A DNA stretch of 64,000 nt from NCBI GenBank assembly GCA_002633005.1, contig NMRA01000713.1, positions 1 through 64,000 of the forward strand, given 5' to 3'. The DNA comes from Phoronis australis (taxonomy: Eukaryota; Animalia; Phoronida). The translations under genes were made by a program, and so were the position numbers. Within the stretch, counting starts at the first letter, position 1; every line of letters begins with the position of its first letter. Below the pieces are notes generated by a model. It did not search any database, was not told the DNA's origin, and saw only the letters and a program-made list of their open reading frames with translations. Positions 47,401 to 57,800 of this stretch are shown piece after piece.

Positions 47401-48385
47401 GTACTCTTGAATTTAGGTTTCTGATTTGATCTTCGTGATCTCGTGCATCAAAACCGTAGCGAAATTAACTATCTAAATCCGTAACATTTAAAACTCATTA
47501 TATACTGACAGTCATTTTTTGTTAATAAATGAAAATAATGTAGAAGTTGGCAGCACCGCAAGAAAAAATTTTGATGCCATTTCTTTTGAATAGGGGCATT
47601 CTCCCATTGACCCCAACGTGTTTGATCGAACAAGTTGACCAGTTGACTGACATAGGCAGTATCTTACATGATTGACTAACTCCACTGTGGTATTTGTGGT
47701 TGGATGACCAGTTGTCTTATGTTTTTATAATTGATTTAATCTCTGATAAAATCGTATTTAGCCCGGTTAAAAATTAAAAATAAGTTACAAATTACATAAA
47801 CCGATGACATTCAGAATTTCTCGTCAAATGCTGATTGTGTTTAGTCTTTGAATTATCCCAATTGCCTTGTTTTCGGGTAAATCTTATTGAATGTTTGTTT
47901 ATCGACTTCGCTAGGGGTGGAGCTTGCAATAGGTCTATTGACCTGCATGTTGTCTCAAAGGACTACACTCGGCAGTTAACAAAGGAACCAGATATTACCA
48001 GTCAGAACCGGCATAGTCTGGTAAAGTCACTGAACAGGAGAAACCCATAATGCAAGCAGATTTTGTGGAAAGAAATCTTCACCTGCATATTCTCCCTCTT
48101 GAAACTAAACTGGCGATGCAAAGGTTCATAATCACTCTAGCACGTAGACCAAACATACGAAATGCGACTGTTTCCTGCTCAACTTTTTATAATACTGGTG
48201 TCATCTTTGCAACTCTTTAGCCTCAAGATCACGCGGGTCAAGCCCAAGGTCATGAGGGTCAAGCCCAAGGTCAGGAAGGTCAAGCCCAGCCTCACGTCCC
48301 CAATGAACCTCAGGGTCACCAACCAGAGCAGGCGACGCAAGGCCAGCAACAGGAACATAAGGAGGGAACATTGCCCAAGCAGTAG
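32334..48385 (+). CDS. NUCB2: Nucleobindin (NUCB1/NUCB2 family Golgi/secreted EF-hand protein), complete spliced CDS of about 434-439 aa
   Basis: Exons 32334-32441, 33456-33578, 34653-34779, 39111-39196, 39901-40086, 40767-40857, 42169-42227, 42547-42732, [43937-44047 or 44100-44225], 46715-46777, 48221-48385. Signal peptide, YDRYLREVV, FKEYEMEKEHERRE, HPKINHPGSKDQL, two EF-hands (DTNGDGAWDPIE, DTNKDHMVSLEE). NUCB2 rather than NUCB1 is chosen only from synteny. Confidence 0.95.
33456..33578 (+). CDS. NUCB2: Nucleobindin exon (TNLEYDRYLREVVSILESDPTFKKKLEEANITDIK)
   Basis: 123 nt, phase 0-0; conserved nucleobindin N-terminal motif. Confidence 0.93.
34653..34779 (+). CDS. NUCB2: Nucleobindin exon (SGKIARHLELVQHGYRSQLDEIKRKEIDRL...)
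   Basis: 127 nt, phase 0-1; LDExKR motif. Confidence 0.93.
37964..38179. mobile_element. Degenerate MITE-like inverted-repeat element
   Basis: CAAATGTAAG/CTTACATTTG and TCACCGCGAGA/TCTCGCGGTGA inverted pairs. Confidence 0.5.
39111..39196 (+). CDS. NUCB2: Nucleobindin exon (ENLKIPEHIDHRNSETFEEEDLRKLILK)
   Basis: 86 nt, phase 1-0. Confidence 0.92.
39289..39508. mobile_element. MITE-like foldback with TA ends
   Basis: TATACT...TCCCAAAAATTAAAGTTTTACCTC...CTGCCAT vs ATGGCAG...GAGGTAAAACTTTGATTTTTGGGA...AGTATA inverted arms. Confidence 0.7.
39901..40086 (+). CDS. NUCB2: Nucleobindin exon (ATADLDAVD...FKEYEMEKEHERREKL...HPKINHP)
   Basis: 186 nt, phase 0-0; hallmark basic region. Confidence 0.95.
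40767..40857 (+). CDS. NUCB2: Nucleobindin exon (GSKDQLNEVWEEGDGMKGEEFDPKTFFNMH)
   Basis: 91 nt, phase 0-1. Confidence 0.95.
42169..42227 (+). CDS. NUCB2: Nucleobindin exon, EF-hand 1 (DTNGDGAWDPIELEALFERE)
   Basis: 59 nt, phase 1-0. Confidence 0.95.
42547..42732 (+). CDS. NUCB2: Nucleobindin exon, acidic region and EF-hand 2 (RMREHVLKEIDTNKDHMVSLEEFL...EEWK)
   Basis: 186 nt, phase 0-0. Confidence 0.95.
43937..44047 (+). CDS. NUCB2: Nucleobindin exon 9a (DVEDEEKFFTDDEFDEFEKENGYEDLDEHGQVEGDGN)
   Basis: 111 nt, phase 0-0, ctcag|...|gtaagt; homologous to exon 9b. Confidence 0.8.
44100..44225 (+). CDS. NUCB2: Nucleobindin exon 9b (DIEETNEIFTDEEFAAYEKMLAEQESKHKEFLDGHAQPGEVN)
   Basis: 126 nt, phase 0-0, tttctttcag|...|gtaagt; FTxEExxxYE motif. 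Confidence 0.85.
44545..44620. repeat. Perfect 27-bp inverted repeat with a 22-nt loop
   Basis: GTTAAAAATATGCAAACTCACTTACTA (44545-44571) / TAGTAAGTGAGTTTGCATATTTTTAAC (44594-44620). Confidence 0.95.
46715..46777 (+). CDS. NUCB2: Nucleobindin exon (VPHPGEHQQPPVVSDSHPNQQ)
   Basis: 63 nt, phase 0-0; composition matches the terminal exon. Confidence 0.75.
48221..48385 (+). CDS. NUCB2: Nucleobindin terminal coding exon, Q/G/H/P-rich tail (PQDHAGQAQGHEGQAQGQEGQAQ...TLPKQ*)
   Basis: Acceptor ctctttag at 48220, TAG at 48383-48385; internal 21-nt coding repeat. Confidence 0.82.
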   Translation, partial: PQDHAGQAQGHEGQAQGQEGQAQPHVPNEPQGHQPEQATQGQQQEHKEGTLPKQ

Positions 48386-50101
48386 CGCCATCACATTTTT
48401 CGTTTATTGTTGCTAGACGAGTAGTTGATTTTTAACGATGATGACTAACTAATATGACAGTAAATGCAACTCGACTGTTGCCATGTTTTTAAGCGAGAAA
48501 TGTGGGTTGATAGAATTGTGTTCAAAATTTCATTGTGATGAAACAGTACAAAGCTGCAATTTTTAAGGTGTTCTGTAGTTATTTATTCTTTTGCTTTGAC
48601 GACACTTTTAATTATTTGTAAAACATCGATTTGGGAATATTTGTTGTTGTGTAATCTCTCAAGTCTTTGTTGGTTGTACATAATTGTTACAATAATTCAA
48701 CACGTTAGTGGTCCCATTGTTTGTGTAAGAGAGCATAGTTGTTACTTTTTGTTCCGTAAAGCTTGTTACTTATTCTGGCCTTCTGGCTTGCGCGGAGTTA
48801 GTTGGTTAAATGTCGTCTGTGTTTTGAAGACTACTGAGTTTGGGTAGGTAACATTAAATAGAACAGTGTGGACCAGAATTTTCCTGTTAAGTTTGTGTCA
48901 GTGGGAAGATATTAGTTTAGTGAAAATCAAATTGTTGTGAAAGCAAATCAACTTAATAGTATTACTCTACCTTAACTTAAATGTTGTGGCTATTTGTACT
49001 GAATTTGTGGCTCAGTAGGACTGATGGCGTCCCATAAGCTTCTGTTAATTAGAAGTTTTCAAAAAAGTTGATGATTTTTTCTTGTCACTGCAAAGCACCC
49101 AAATTTTGAAGCAAGTACAGGCTAATTTTTCAAGGATTCAGTATTATTTTTAATAGATTTCTGTTTGGGTTTTCGCCAGACAGATTGAGGAAAATCATTC
49201 ACCTTTTTTGAAAAATATTTTATTGCCTTTGCAGCTCCAGATTGTGCCAGTTTAAAATATAGTTTTCTCTGGGACGTTTTTTAAATTGATGACTTAAAGA
49301 TTGATTCTAATTTAATATTTTTGAGTGACGTTTTAACGCTGCAGATATGACTGAATATACTTAAGGTATGCAGTTCATTTACAGCAGTGCAATCTCAGTT
49401 TAATGTTGAACAACCGACATAGCGGTCATTCTGTGAAGAAAGTCCTAAAAGCTTTGGACATGGCATCAGTAAAGTATTCCTCGACTCTTAAGTAATACTT
49501 AAAACTTAACTGTCCTGTACTTATTACCTGTATGCAAACTGCAGTCGAATCGTACCACCAGGAAACCTTGCCGGACCTTTCTATTGCGATTCCATAGTAT
49601 TAGATTCTTCCGTTATGCTCAAATATATTGCAGAATTCATTTCCTACTAAACTCAGACTTTCGGATCTTCATCAGGAGTAGCCAAAAAATTGTGAGGTGA
49701 GCAAGACCAATAAATTAATTGTTATTCAATATTTTTTTCTTGTAACGAAGAAAACAAATACTGTGGAATCGCCCTAAAATGTTGAAGCCCTTTTAATGCC
49801 TTAGGGGCTGGAGCATTGTAAGCAAGCAAACATTGTAAACATGGTTTGTTGGAGCATGGTTCACTTGTCTTTGTTCTGATATCATTGGACAATGCAGTAG
49901 ATTCATTTCTTGTACTTTAAACAATTCCATACTTACTTAATCATTTCAAAGTAGACAATGAGCGATATCAAGACTAGAGGAATACTTAATATTTGAAAGA
50001 TTTTTCTTTGCCAAATTGTAATTGCTAAGCTGAGCAATTCGCCGTATTCTCATGCAATATATTTTCCTTGAAATTAACATGCGAATGGGTGAAAATGTGC
50101 T

Positions 50102-51506
50102 AATTGCAATAAATACAGTAATGTTGACGAAGTAATTTGTTTATTTTTCTTCAAAAGAGTAAAGGCGAGGTGGAGGCTCAGAAGTTGACATGCCATCCAG
50201 GAATGATTCAAGTTCGTCTTACTATCATGGTGGCCGGGATACATGGAGTGGGATGACTGAATTGACATGTATAAATTACCCTGGTACCATGACTGACAGA
50301 GTTGAATGGTCTCCAGGAAATAGAGGTGGAAAAATGCATGAACAGATGTATGTATTACAAACTGGACTGCATTCCACACGGCAAAATTCTTGGCGAGGTC
50401 ATGAAAAACCATACTAAGTTACACGAGTAAGCTCAACACTTCACTCGCGTCAGTTACTGTAGTAGCAAAATGGCGGCCACTGAAGTGGTTGGTTGCCAAG
50501 CCCGTTATGTTGAGTTATTAATTGCCTTGTCCCATATATTGAGATTAGCTAAAGTGCCTCGTGAGTGGCTTGCATATATGGAGCGGCCCCTATGGGAACA
50601 TTGTTGTGATTGATAAAAATAACACCATCTGGTGCATGAAGTGAGAGTGAAACGAGGTACAAACGGAAAGCTTGTTCAATTATAATATTCACCATTACTG
50701 CATTAAAAGAAGGTAAGGGCTGTTCCAGCAAAATCTGTGTGGGAGGGGGGGGGAAGGCAACTGAAATAAAAATTTATGGGTGGTTGCGTTTGATTTAAAT
50801 TCAAAATGGCTGGTGGTCGTACTTCAAAAAAATAAAAATTTACAGGTCGTTGTTGTTTCATTGGGCCATAAATGTTTAATGGTGGGTAATTTTAGTNAAT
50901 TGCAATAAATACAGTAATGTTGACAAAGTAATTTGTTTATTTTTCTTCAAAAGAGTAAAGGCGAGGTGGAGGCTCAGAAGTTGACATGCCATCCAGGAAT
51001 GATTCAAGTTCGTCTTACTGTCATGGTGGCCGGGACACATGGAGTGGGATGACTGAATTGACATGTATAAATTACCCTGGTACCATGACTGACAGAGTTG
51101 AATGGTCTCCAGGAAACAGAGGTGGAAAAATGCATGAACAGATGTATGTATTACAAACTGGACTGCATTCCACACGGCAAAATTCTTGGCGAGGTCATGA
51201 AAAACCATACTAAGTTACACGAGTAAGCTCAACACTTCACTCGCGTCAGTTACTGTAGCAAAATGGCGGCCACTGAAGTGGTTGGTTGCCAAGCCCGTTA
51301 TGTTGCGTTATTAATTGCCTTGTCCCATATATTGAAATTAGCTAAAGTGCCTCGTGAGTGGCTTGTATATATGGAGTGCCCCCTATGGGAACGTTGTGAT
51401 TGATAAAAATAACACCATCTGGTGCGTGAAGTGAGAGTGAAACGAGGTACAAATGGAAAGCTTGTTCAATTATAATATTCACCATTACTGCATTAAAAGA
51501 AGGTAA
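50102..51506. repeat. Near-identical ~0.6-kb duplication (50102-50716 / 50898-51506) with a single N at 50897
   Basis: Direct alignment with a few SNPs and small indels. Confidence 0.95.
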
Positions 51507-51867
51507 CAAAAATATAGGCTGGAACTTATTTCATTTTTATTACTAGATGCTTTTGTTTAAAAAGAAAATGATTTTTAAAGAATACACGTTGGTATGCTGG
51601 ATTCATTTTGGACCAGGTTGGTACCATTAATTGAATACTTAATTTGGAAATGCTCAGCACGAAATCCAACTTGCCAATACCATGTATTTCAATCATTCCA
51701 ATGTTTCTTTTTTAGTCATTTACAGATGGGATTAATCAGTAAATACATGCAAAAACAATTACTGCAGCAAAAGTCTCCATATCTCAATACTTGATCTGTT
51801 GAACATAGGTGCTGCAACTGACTAGTGGGAGTATTATGTCACTTTGGACCAACTCTGCGTGTCACCA

Positions 51868-51898
51868 TCATCGAGGACTGGCAGTAGTCTTCCCTAAC
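51868..51898 (-). CDS. GATD1: GATD1 probable terminal exon (RLGKTTASPR*)
   Basis: Acceptor tttgttttag, phase 2, TGA at 51870-51868, minus-strand AATAAA at 51541-51536; an alternative candidate lies at 53438-53420. Confidence 0.5.
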
Positions 51899-54800
51899 CT
51901 AAAACAAATCGCAAGAGTTGTATACTGCACCATATTACACTGAGAAGCATTAATGCCTCGTTTGCATAATGTTGTTATGAGTTGGAGGCGCAGCCTTGAG
52001 GAGGATGCAACAAAATAAGTCGGCAATCTACTGGTATAGCAACTTGCAAAAAACAATCAATGCATACTAGAAGCAACACCCTTCAAATTGAACAACATTA
52101 TGAAAGTGAGATTTAAATGACATATTTTTCACTCTTCAGACCACCGTAACTCGTACATCAACGAAAAACTCGACACAGAATGTTAATTAATTTCATCATA
52201 GGTTAATGACCAAAGCATTTGAATCCAAGAATCAAAAAACCGGGGTGAGTGTTAGCAGAGCATGGGTGTTAACAAATGATAAAAGTTTGGGAGAAAATTA
52301 ATCCGAATGTTCGATTAGGGTAAATACCCATAAGGTAGCTAGATCTATGCTAGACTCGCATAAGAGTAAAATAAATCAATAGAGGACAGTTACTTCACTG
52401 TCATGATAAGGCAAGGTGTTTCTAGAACTCTGACTTCACTTCTCTGAGACAAAGAGTTTGGTATATCTTGAGAAGTAAAATCCACAAGACGGGCTCTCGT
52501 AAAGAGATGAGCGGTTCCATGGAACTGTTGAATGCATAAATTGTGGGCGGGTGTTAATCCGAGTGTGAATATTCTCACTAGTGAAAATTTGAAGTTTTAA
52601 AGGGTGAATCATTTCGGGCTTGGAGGGTAAATAATGGCTTAGAATTTTGCAGGCAATTCTAAATCATGGGTGTTGTTCACACGGAATGGGCCTTTGAAAT
52701 CGACATACAAGGTCAGTGACAGCAGTTCCTTGCAAACGCTGCTCGTAGTCATACAACTCTATTCCTGTTAACCCAACTGTAATTAAGAACTAAGCACAGC
52801 TTAACAGAGGGTTTATGATTCTTTGCTTTTTTGTGAGTCTTGCTTTTAATCATACAACTGCCCCAGTTCGATTTAAAGAGAATTCATTGTCCTGATTGAG
52901 AAGATAATTGTTTTACTACCCCATACAGATAATGGGCCTGGAATGAGTTTTGAGCCAGACATGACCAGGACGAGTACGGTTAATGATTCTGTATGGTTTT
53001 ATAGGAATGGTCTCCAGCAACATTCAGACACACTTTGACATTATTTTGTATCTCGCATGAATTAAACGGGAATTGATGTTCTGCTCAATTTGAAATAATA
53101 TTCTGAAGGTTATTTTCGAACCTTCTTAGTCAGTTTAAAGGTAATATTTTGTAAAAACTGGAGAGCGATGCTGTGAGCAAGTTGCACAATACAAACACTG
53201 AGTGTCGGATCAGCTGCCTTTCACTGTGGTATGTTATTCCATACCTTTTTCTGGCATCATGGCTCAAGTAAAATAGCTAAAATTTACATACTGAGGCTAG
53301 GACTGCTGCTGATTTGCTGTTAGTAGTATTAGTTGTGTTGCCTCTTTCTAGTACATGGCTCAAATGAAATGGAAAATAGTTACGTTCCCTAGGTGGGGAG
53401 TGAGCAAATGTTTCGGCTATTAAGCACGATTATCAGAACTGAAAAGGGAGAATACACACTTACCTAATACTCAGATCGGAATACATTATTTTCAAAACAG
53501 CTTGCAAACTGCATCACATTTCCAGTTCAAGGAATTTCTCTTCAATGCCAAAATTGACCAGAAATGCCTTCAAGAAATGGTAATGTTCACTTTTAAGTGA
53601 ACCAATAAACGAACTCACCTCTGATTGCACATTAGAATTAAGTTTTGCACGGCCGTTAGTGTTGACTGTTCATTCTGTCCAGTAATCACGTGACCATCAA
53701 TACATACATGAACATTGTCGGCAACATCAGAGCCTGGAATATGCAATAAACACAGTTCAAAAGATTGTTTCACTCAGTCAGTTGAATTTACAGAATCTTT
53801 ACTATAAATGTTTAACTGACCCACATACATGTAACACTTCAGAACATTTTACATGGTATGACAGTATTTCCAACTTTGCGAGATAATGACTGTAAATCCA
53901 TTGACAGTATCTGAGGTTGATATTTCCAATGCAAACTTGAAACCGGTCAAAATTTTCACATCGCTTACAGTTAGCAGAATTACTAAAACGTGGTATGCTG
54001 AAATGATAAAACAAGAACTTTATTGATTAAAAACTTTATCCCCTGTCCAATACTTTAGCATCTTTATTTGTCATAATGGTGTCAATCCTGGCAAGAATGA
54101 AGAATTCTGGTTTTAATATCCCCTCCCCGATCTGTGTTTGTGAGCAAAATCTTCAGTTATGAAAACTGAAGGCTACAAAGATTGTGAATACTAAAGATTT
54201 TTGTTCAGCATCTGAATTAATGCGCCACGCATCACAGTGGATATATTTGCATGCTTCTAACTACGCTAATGTGAAGCAGGAACTGAACAACAATCATATG
54301 GTATAACATTCACACGCTAAACAAAGTGCAGTTGTATTCATTGGCAATTTGTAAATAATGTACAAAAATTTTGAAAATTTGTGATCTTTGCACTAAAAAC
54401 CTGTCTTCCAGGCACATATAGCCCGCATCGTGCAGTACTCCACAATACCACGCCACAATACTTACTGGACGAAGTTTGGTGATTTACGGTGGATCACTTT
54501 CACCGCAAAACTCACTGACGTTCTTAAAAACATTTAGCAACTTTAGCTACTTACTTCATATCCACATGTTGTGTTTCTAACAAAGTGGCCAAGCAATCAC
54601 AAAGATAAATAACTAGACTGCAATTTCCACTTTAAAGCTGCATTTCAGAAAATAATATTAATGTGTAGTAATTTCCATTGCCAATAGATGGCACCACTAA
54701 TCCCTTAAAACACAAATTAAAATTTGTGCACCTCAAAGGCAGTTCTTTCATAGCAGAAAATCAGAACAGAAAAAAAAGAATTTGACTAACATGTATACTT

Positions 54801-57800
54801 TCCGCCGTGGTCACGAATATAATCTTCTGGAAACACAGCAAGATTGGCAAAATCCTGTACAGATGCCAACTCGAACACGGATGTCTGGAAGAGACAGCAG
54901 TCACTACAATCATAACAAACACTAGGTTATGACAAATTGGTTCAGGATAAGGTAAATTTTACCAACTGATATGTGTTTATAGATCAATGACCAATAGTAC
55001 TGTACTGGTTTACAATCACAATGTTGCAACATACCTCAAGCAGCTCTCTAGCTCCATTTTTGTGCCATGTATTTTCTTGTGTCATTTGTTTTTGCTTTGC
55101 TTTTTTCCATTTTTTCCTGACTGCTTAACATCAAAAACGGTTGATTTCTCTTTAATCACCGTTTCAAAGGAAAAATGATGTGGTCTCAAATCAAATGTGA
55201 AATTTCAACTTCCAGCAGACAAGTTTGGGTGTGCAAAACTGAAGGGACAGTCCGACTTGTAGAAGGCCGTATGGTACTCACAGCAGTCATACAACAGCCC
55301 TTGAAACCCCAGCTTTTCCTGTCTTCAGATTTGGCACAGAACAAGGCAGCCACGCCCTGTCCTATAGCACAGATAGGTTCTACAAAGTAACCACAACGTC
55401 TCAAGAAAAATTCAAGTTTTGATTCATGATAGCAGACTTCCCTCGTTAATAGGCGTAGATAGAAATCCCAGAAACATATTAATCATAGGTAATTAAAAAA
55501 CAAAATTTCCAATTTTGATCATGTAAAAAGTCTAGTCTGTCAGTTTTGTACACTTCCGACTCACTGTCAACACTGCACTGCATGTATTACTGTAAGTTAA
55601 CTTAAAATATTCACAAAATCTCATGTGAGTTCAACTGGCAATAAGTATTGAGATATGACCAAAAAATCCAACAATTTTTTATGATGTGAAATGTCAGTGG
55701 ATTTATACGACAAGGCAAGGTCTAAATACTTTGTCTTTTTTTAAATCCCGATGCCCTCTGATGGTAACTTATGGTGACCTTAGACAAGACAAGGATACAT
55801 ATCTTGTCTGATTTGAGACTACCAATGCCCTACCACTAAGCGTGACTGGTGTGGGAGAGGACTTACTTTTTGATTTAATAAAATGGTCCAGAATTTGATC
55901 AAGTTGTGCGTCATTGGCCAAGTCATAGCAGGCACCAGGTGAGTGTGGGACAAACAGACAAGAGTAGCGGCTGGCTGGGAACAAAAAGGCATATTGAGGC
56001 TTAAAACAAAGCTTAAATGCAAGTGAAAATTGAATATGGAACAAAATAAAATTAAACCAATTTTGGAAATAGCTCAATTATCTATTAACTATACGTGCTC
56101 CTAGGCTCCCTTTTACAAGTTGTATGCATTTGGTAACAACAGCGGTATGACGCTATTACGCCGGAGTCATGGTCGGTACAATGTTGAACAAGACTACATG
56201 TCAACAAACAACCATAGTCTAATGACACTGCTAAAAATTTTTCAACACAGCTGATGTATTTGATCTTTTTGGCAAAGTAGCATCCACATGTTCCTAATCT
56301 TAGTTTGAATTCAAATCTCTTGGTTAAAATATTATGCTTCAAAATTCTCCCGATAGCCTTACTGCTTGGGTAACAGAAACTAATCCACCATGACAAGCAC
56401 TTCGAGATATGCATTTAACGCATGTTAGTTGAGTCGAACATAACTGAATTTAATATACATTCTTTAGTTTAAATTTATTTTTCGTTTTTGTTACACACCA
56501 CCACCTAAAATAGCTGCTGACTCATTATGGGCACTCACTCAATTGCCCCAAATGTAATGTGCTTCCGCGAACCCCCCCCCCACTTATTAAACTATTTATT
56601 CTTAAAATTAAAAGTAAAAATAAGCAAAACACTGACAGGGCTGAAAGTTACAAAATATTTGCATTTCAATATTTTATCTTTTAATCGACGAAACTCATCC
56701 TGTGTTTCTTAATTGGTGAATGTAAAGGGAATAGTGTTTTTACCAAAACTTGGCTGAAACAATAATGAAATTTCAATTGTCTCAAGAGAAGAAATCATTT
56801 ATAAACTGAATAAGGAACGACATCAGACCGACACAACTGATCTAAATCAAGAGTTTTTTGACAATGCGAGCGGGTTCAACGCACCTTTAAATTTTCAGAC
56901 AAAAGACGGTTTTCGTGAAATGGAACCTTTGACACTACGTGACAAGTGGGAAAGTGGTGACAATATATTGTCGCCAAGTGGTGACAATACATTGTCGCCA
57001 AGTGGTGACAATATATTGTCGGCAAGTGGAGACGATATATTGTTACCACTTTGAATTCGTAACAAATGGAAATGAACCTGGAGCATATTACACAAACTGT
57101 CTAAAATAAAAGTTTGATTGCTACAAACCATCGACAGTGTCTAAACTGATGGGTATGCTGTAGGACTTGGCTCTTGTTTCAGCTAACCATCTTCTGTCAC
57201 CATCACTCACATTCACAAACTCTGGTTGTTTACCCTGCCAATACAATACAACATGGCCCTTAAAACATCTCTTTTTCATACGATCATTGAATAATATTTT
57301 TAGATATACCAAGCACTGTTGGGATCATTGCTTTGGGACATCTACTTCACATAACGGCGAGTGCCAAATGTTTGATTTTCATTGCTACGGTCTTAAATCA
57401 GGTTGTGAAATAGGATATATTCTAAATTTACACGTCTTCTTGTTGTCTATGATTACTCCGTAGTGGAATGGACCGCTCATGGATGTTATCTTTAAAGTGA
57501 CATTACCAGCAAAAAAGTCACACGGTTTTCTGTGATAGCCCCAAATTGAACTCACACCATCAGTAGCCATAGACCAATGAATTGCTGGCGGAACTAACTA
57601 CACTTGGAAAATGTGAGAGTATTAAAAGCTTAGTGTACTTAGTATAGTCACTGGCATTGACTTCACCAGCGAATGGCTAGTCGACAATGACGAGAATTAG
57701 TGATTTGAAATAAAATCTCAAATTAAATAACCGATTTTGCTGTTTTATAGCTCTGGTTGAAGCTATTGACTTTAAAAACAATCTAACAACAGTACAAAAA

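Noticed and set aside
49651-49680. Minus-strand CTGATGAAGATCCGAAAG hammerhead-like core (also CTGATGAG at 27785)
   Set aside because: Stems II/III or the GAAA box are incomplete, so an active ribozyme cannot be supported.
50190-50417. 75-aa ORF, duplicated at 50986-51213, with protein-like fragments in other frames
   Set aside because: No recognisable family, stops in the alternative frames, and the duplication is explained by the N join; at most a decayed exon.
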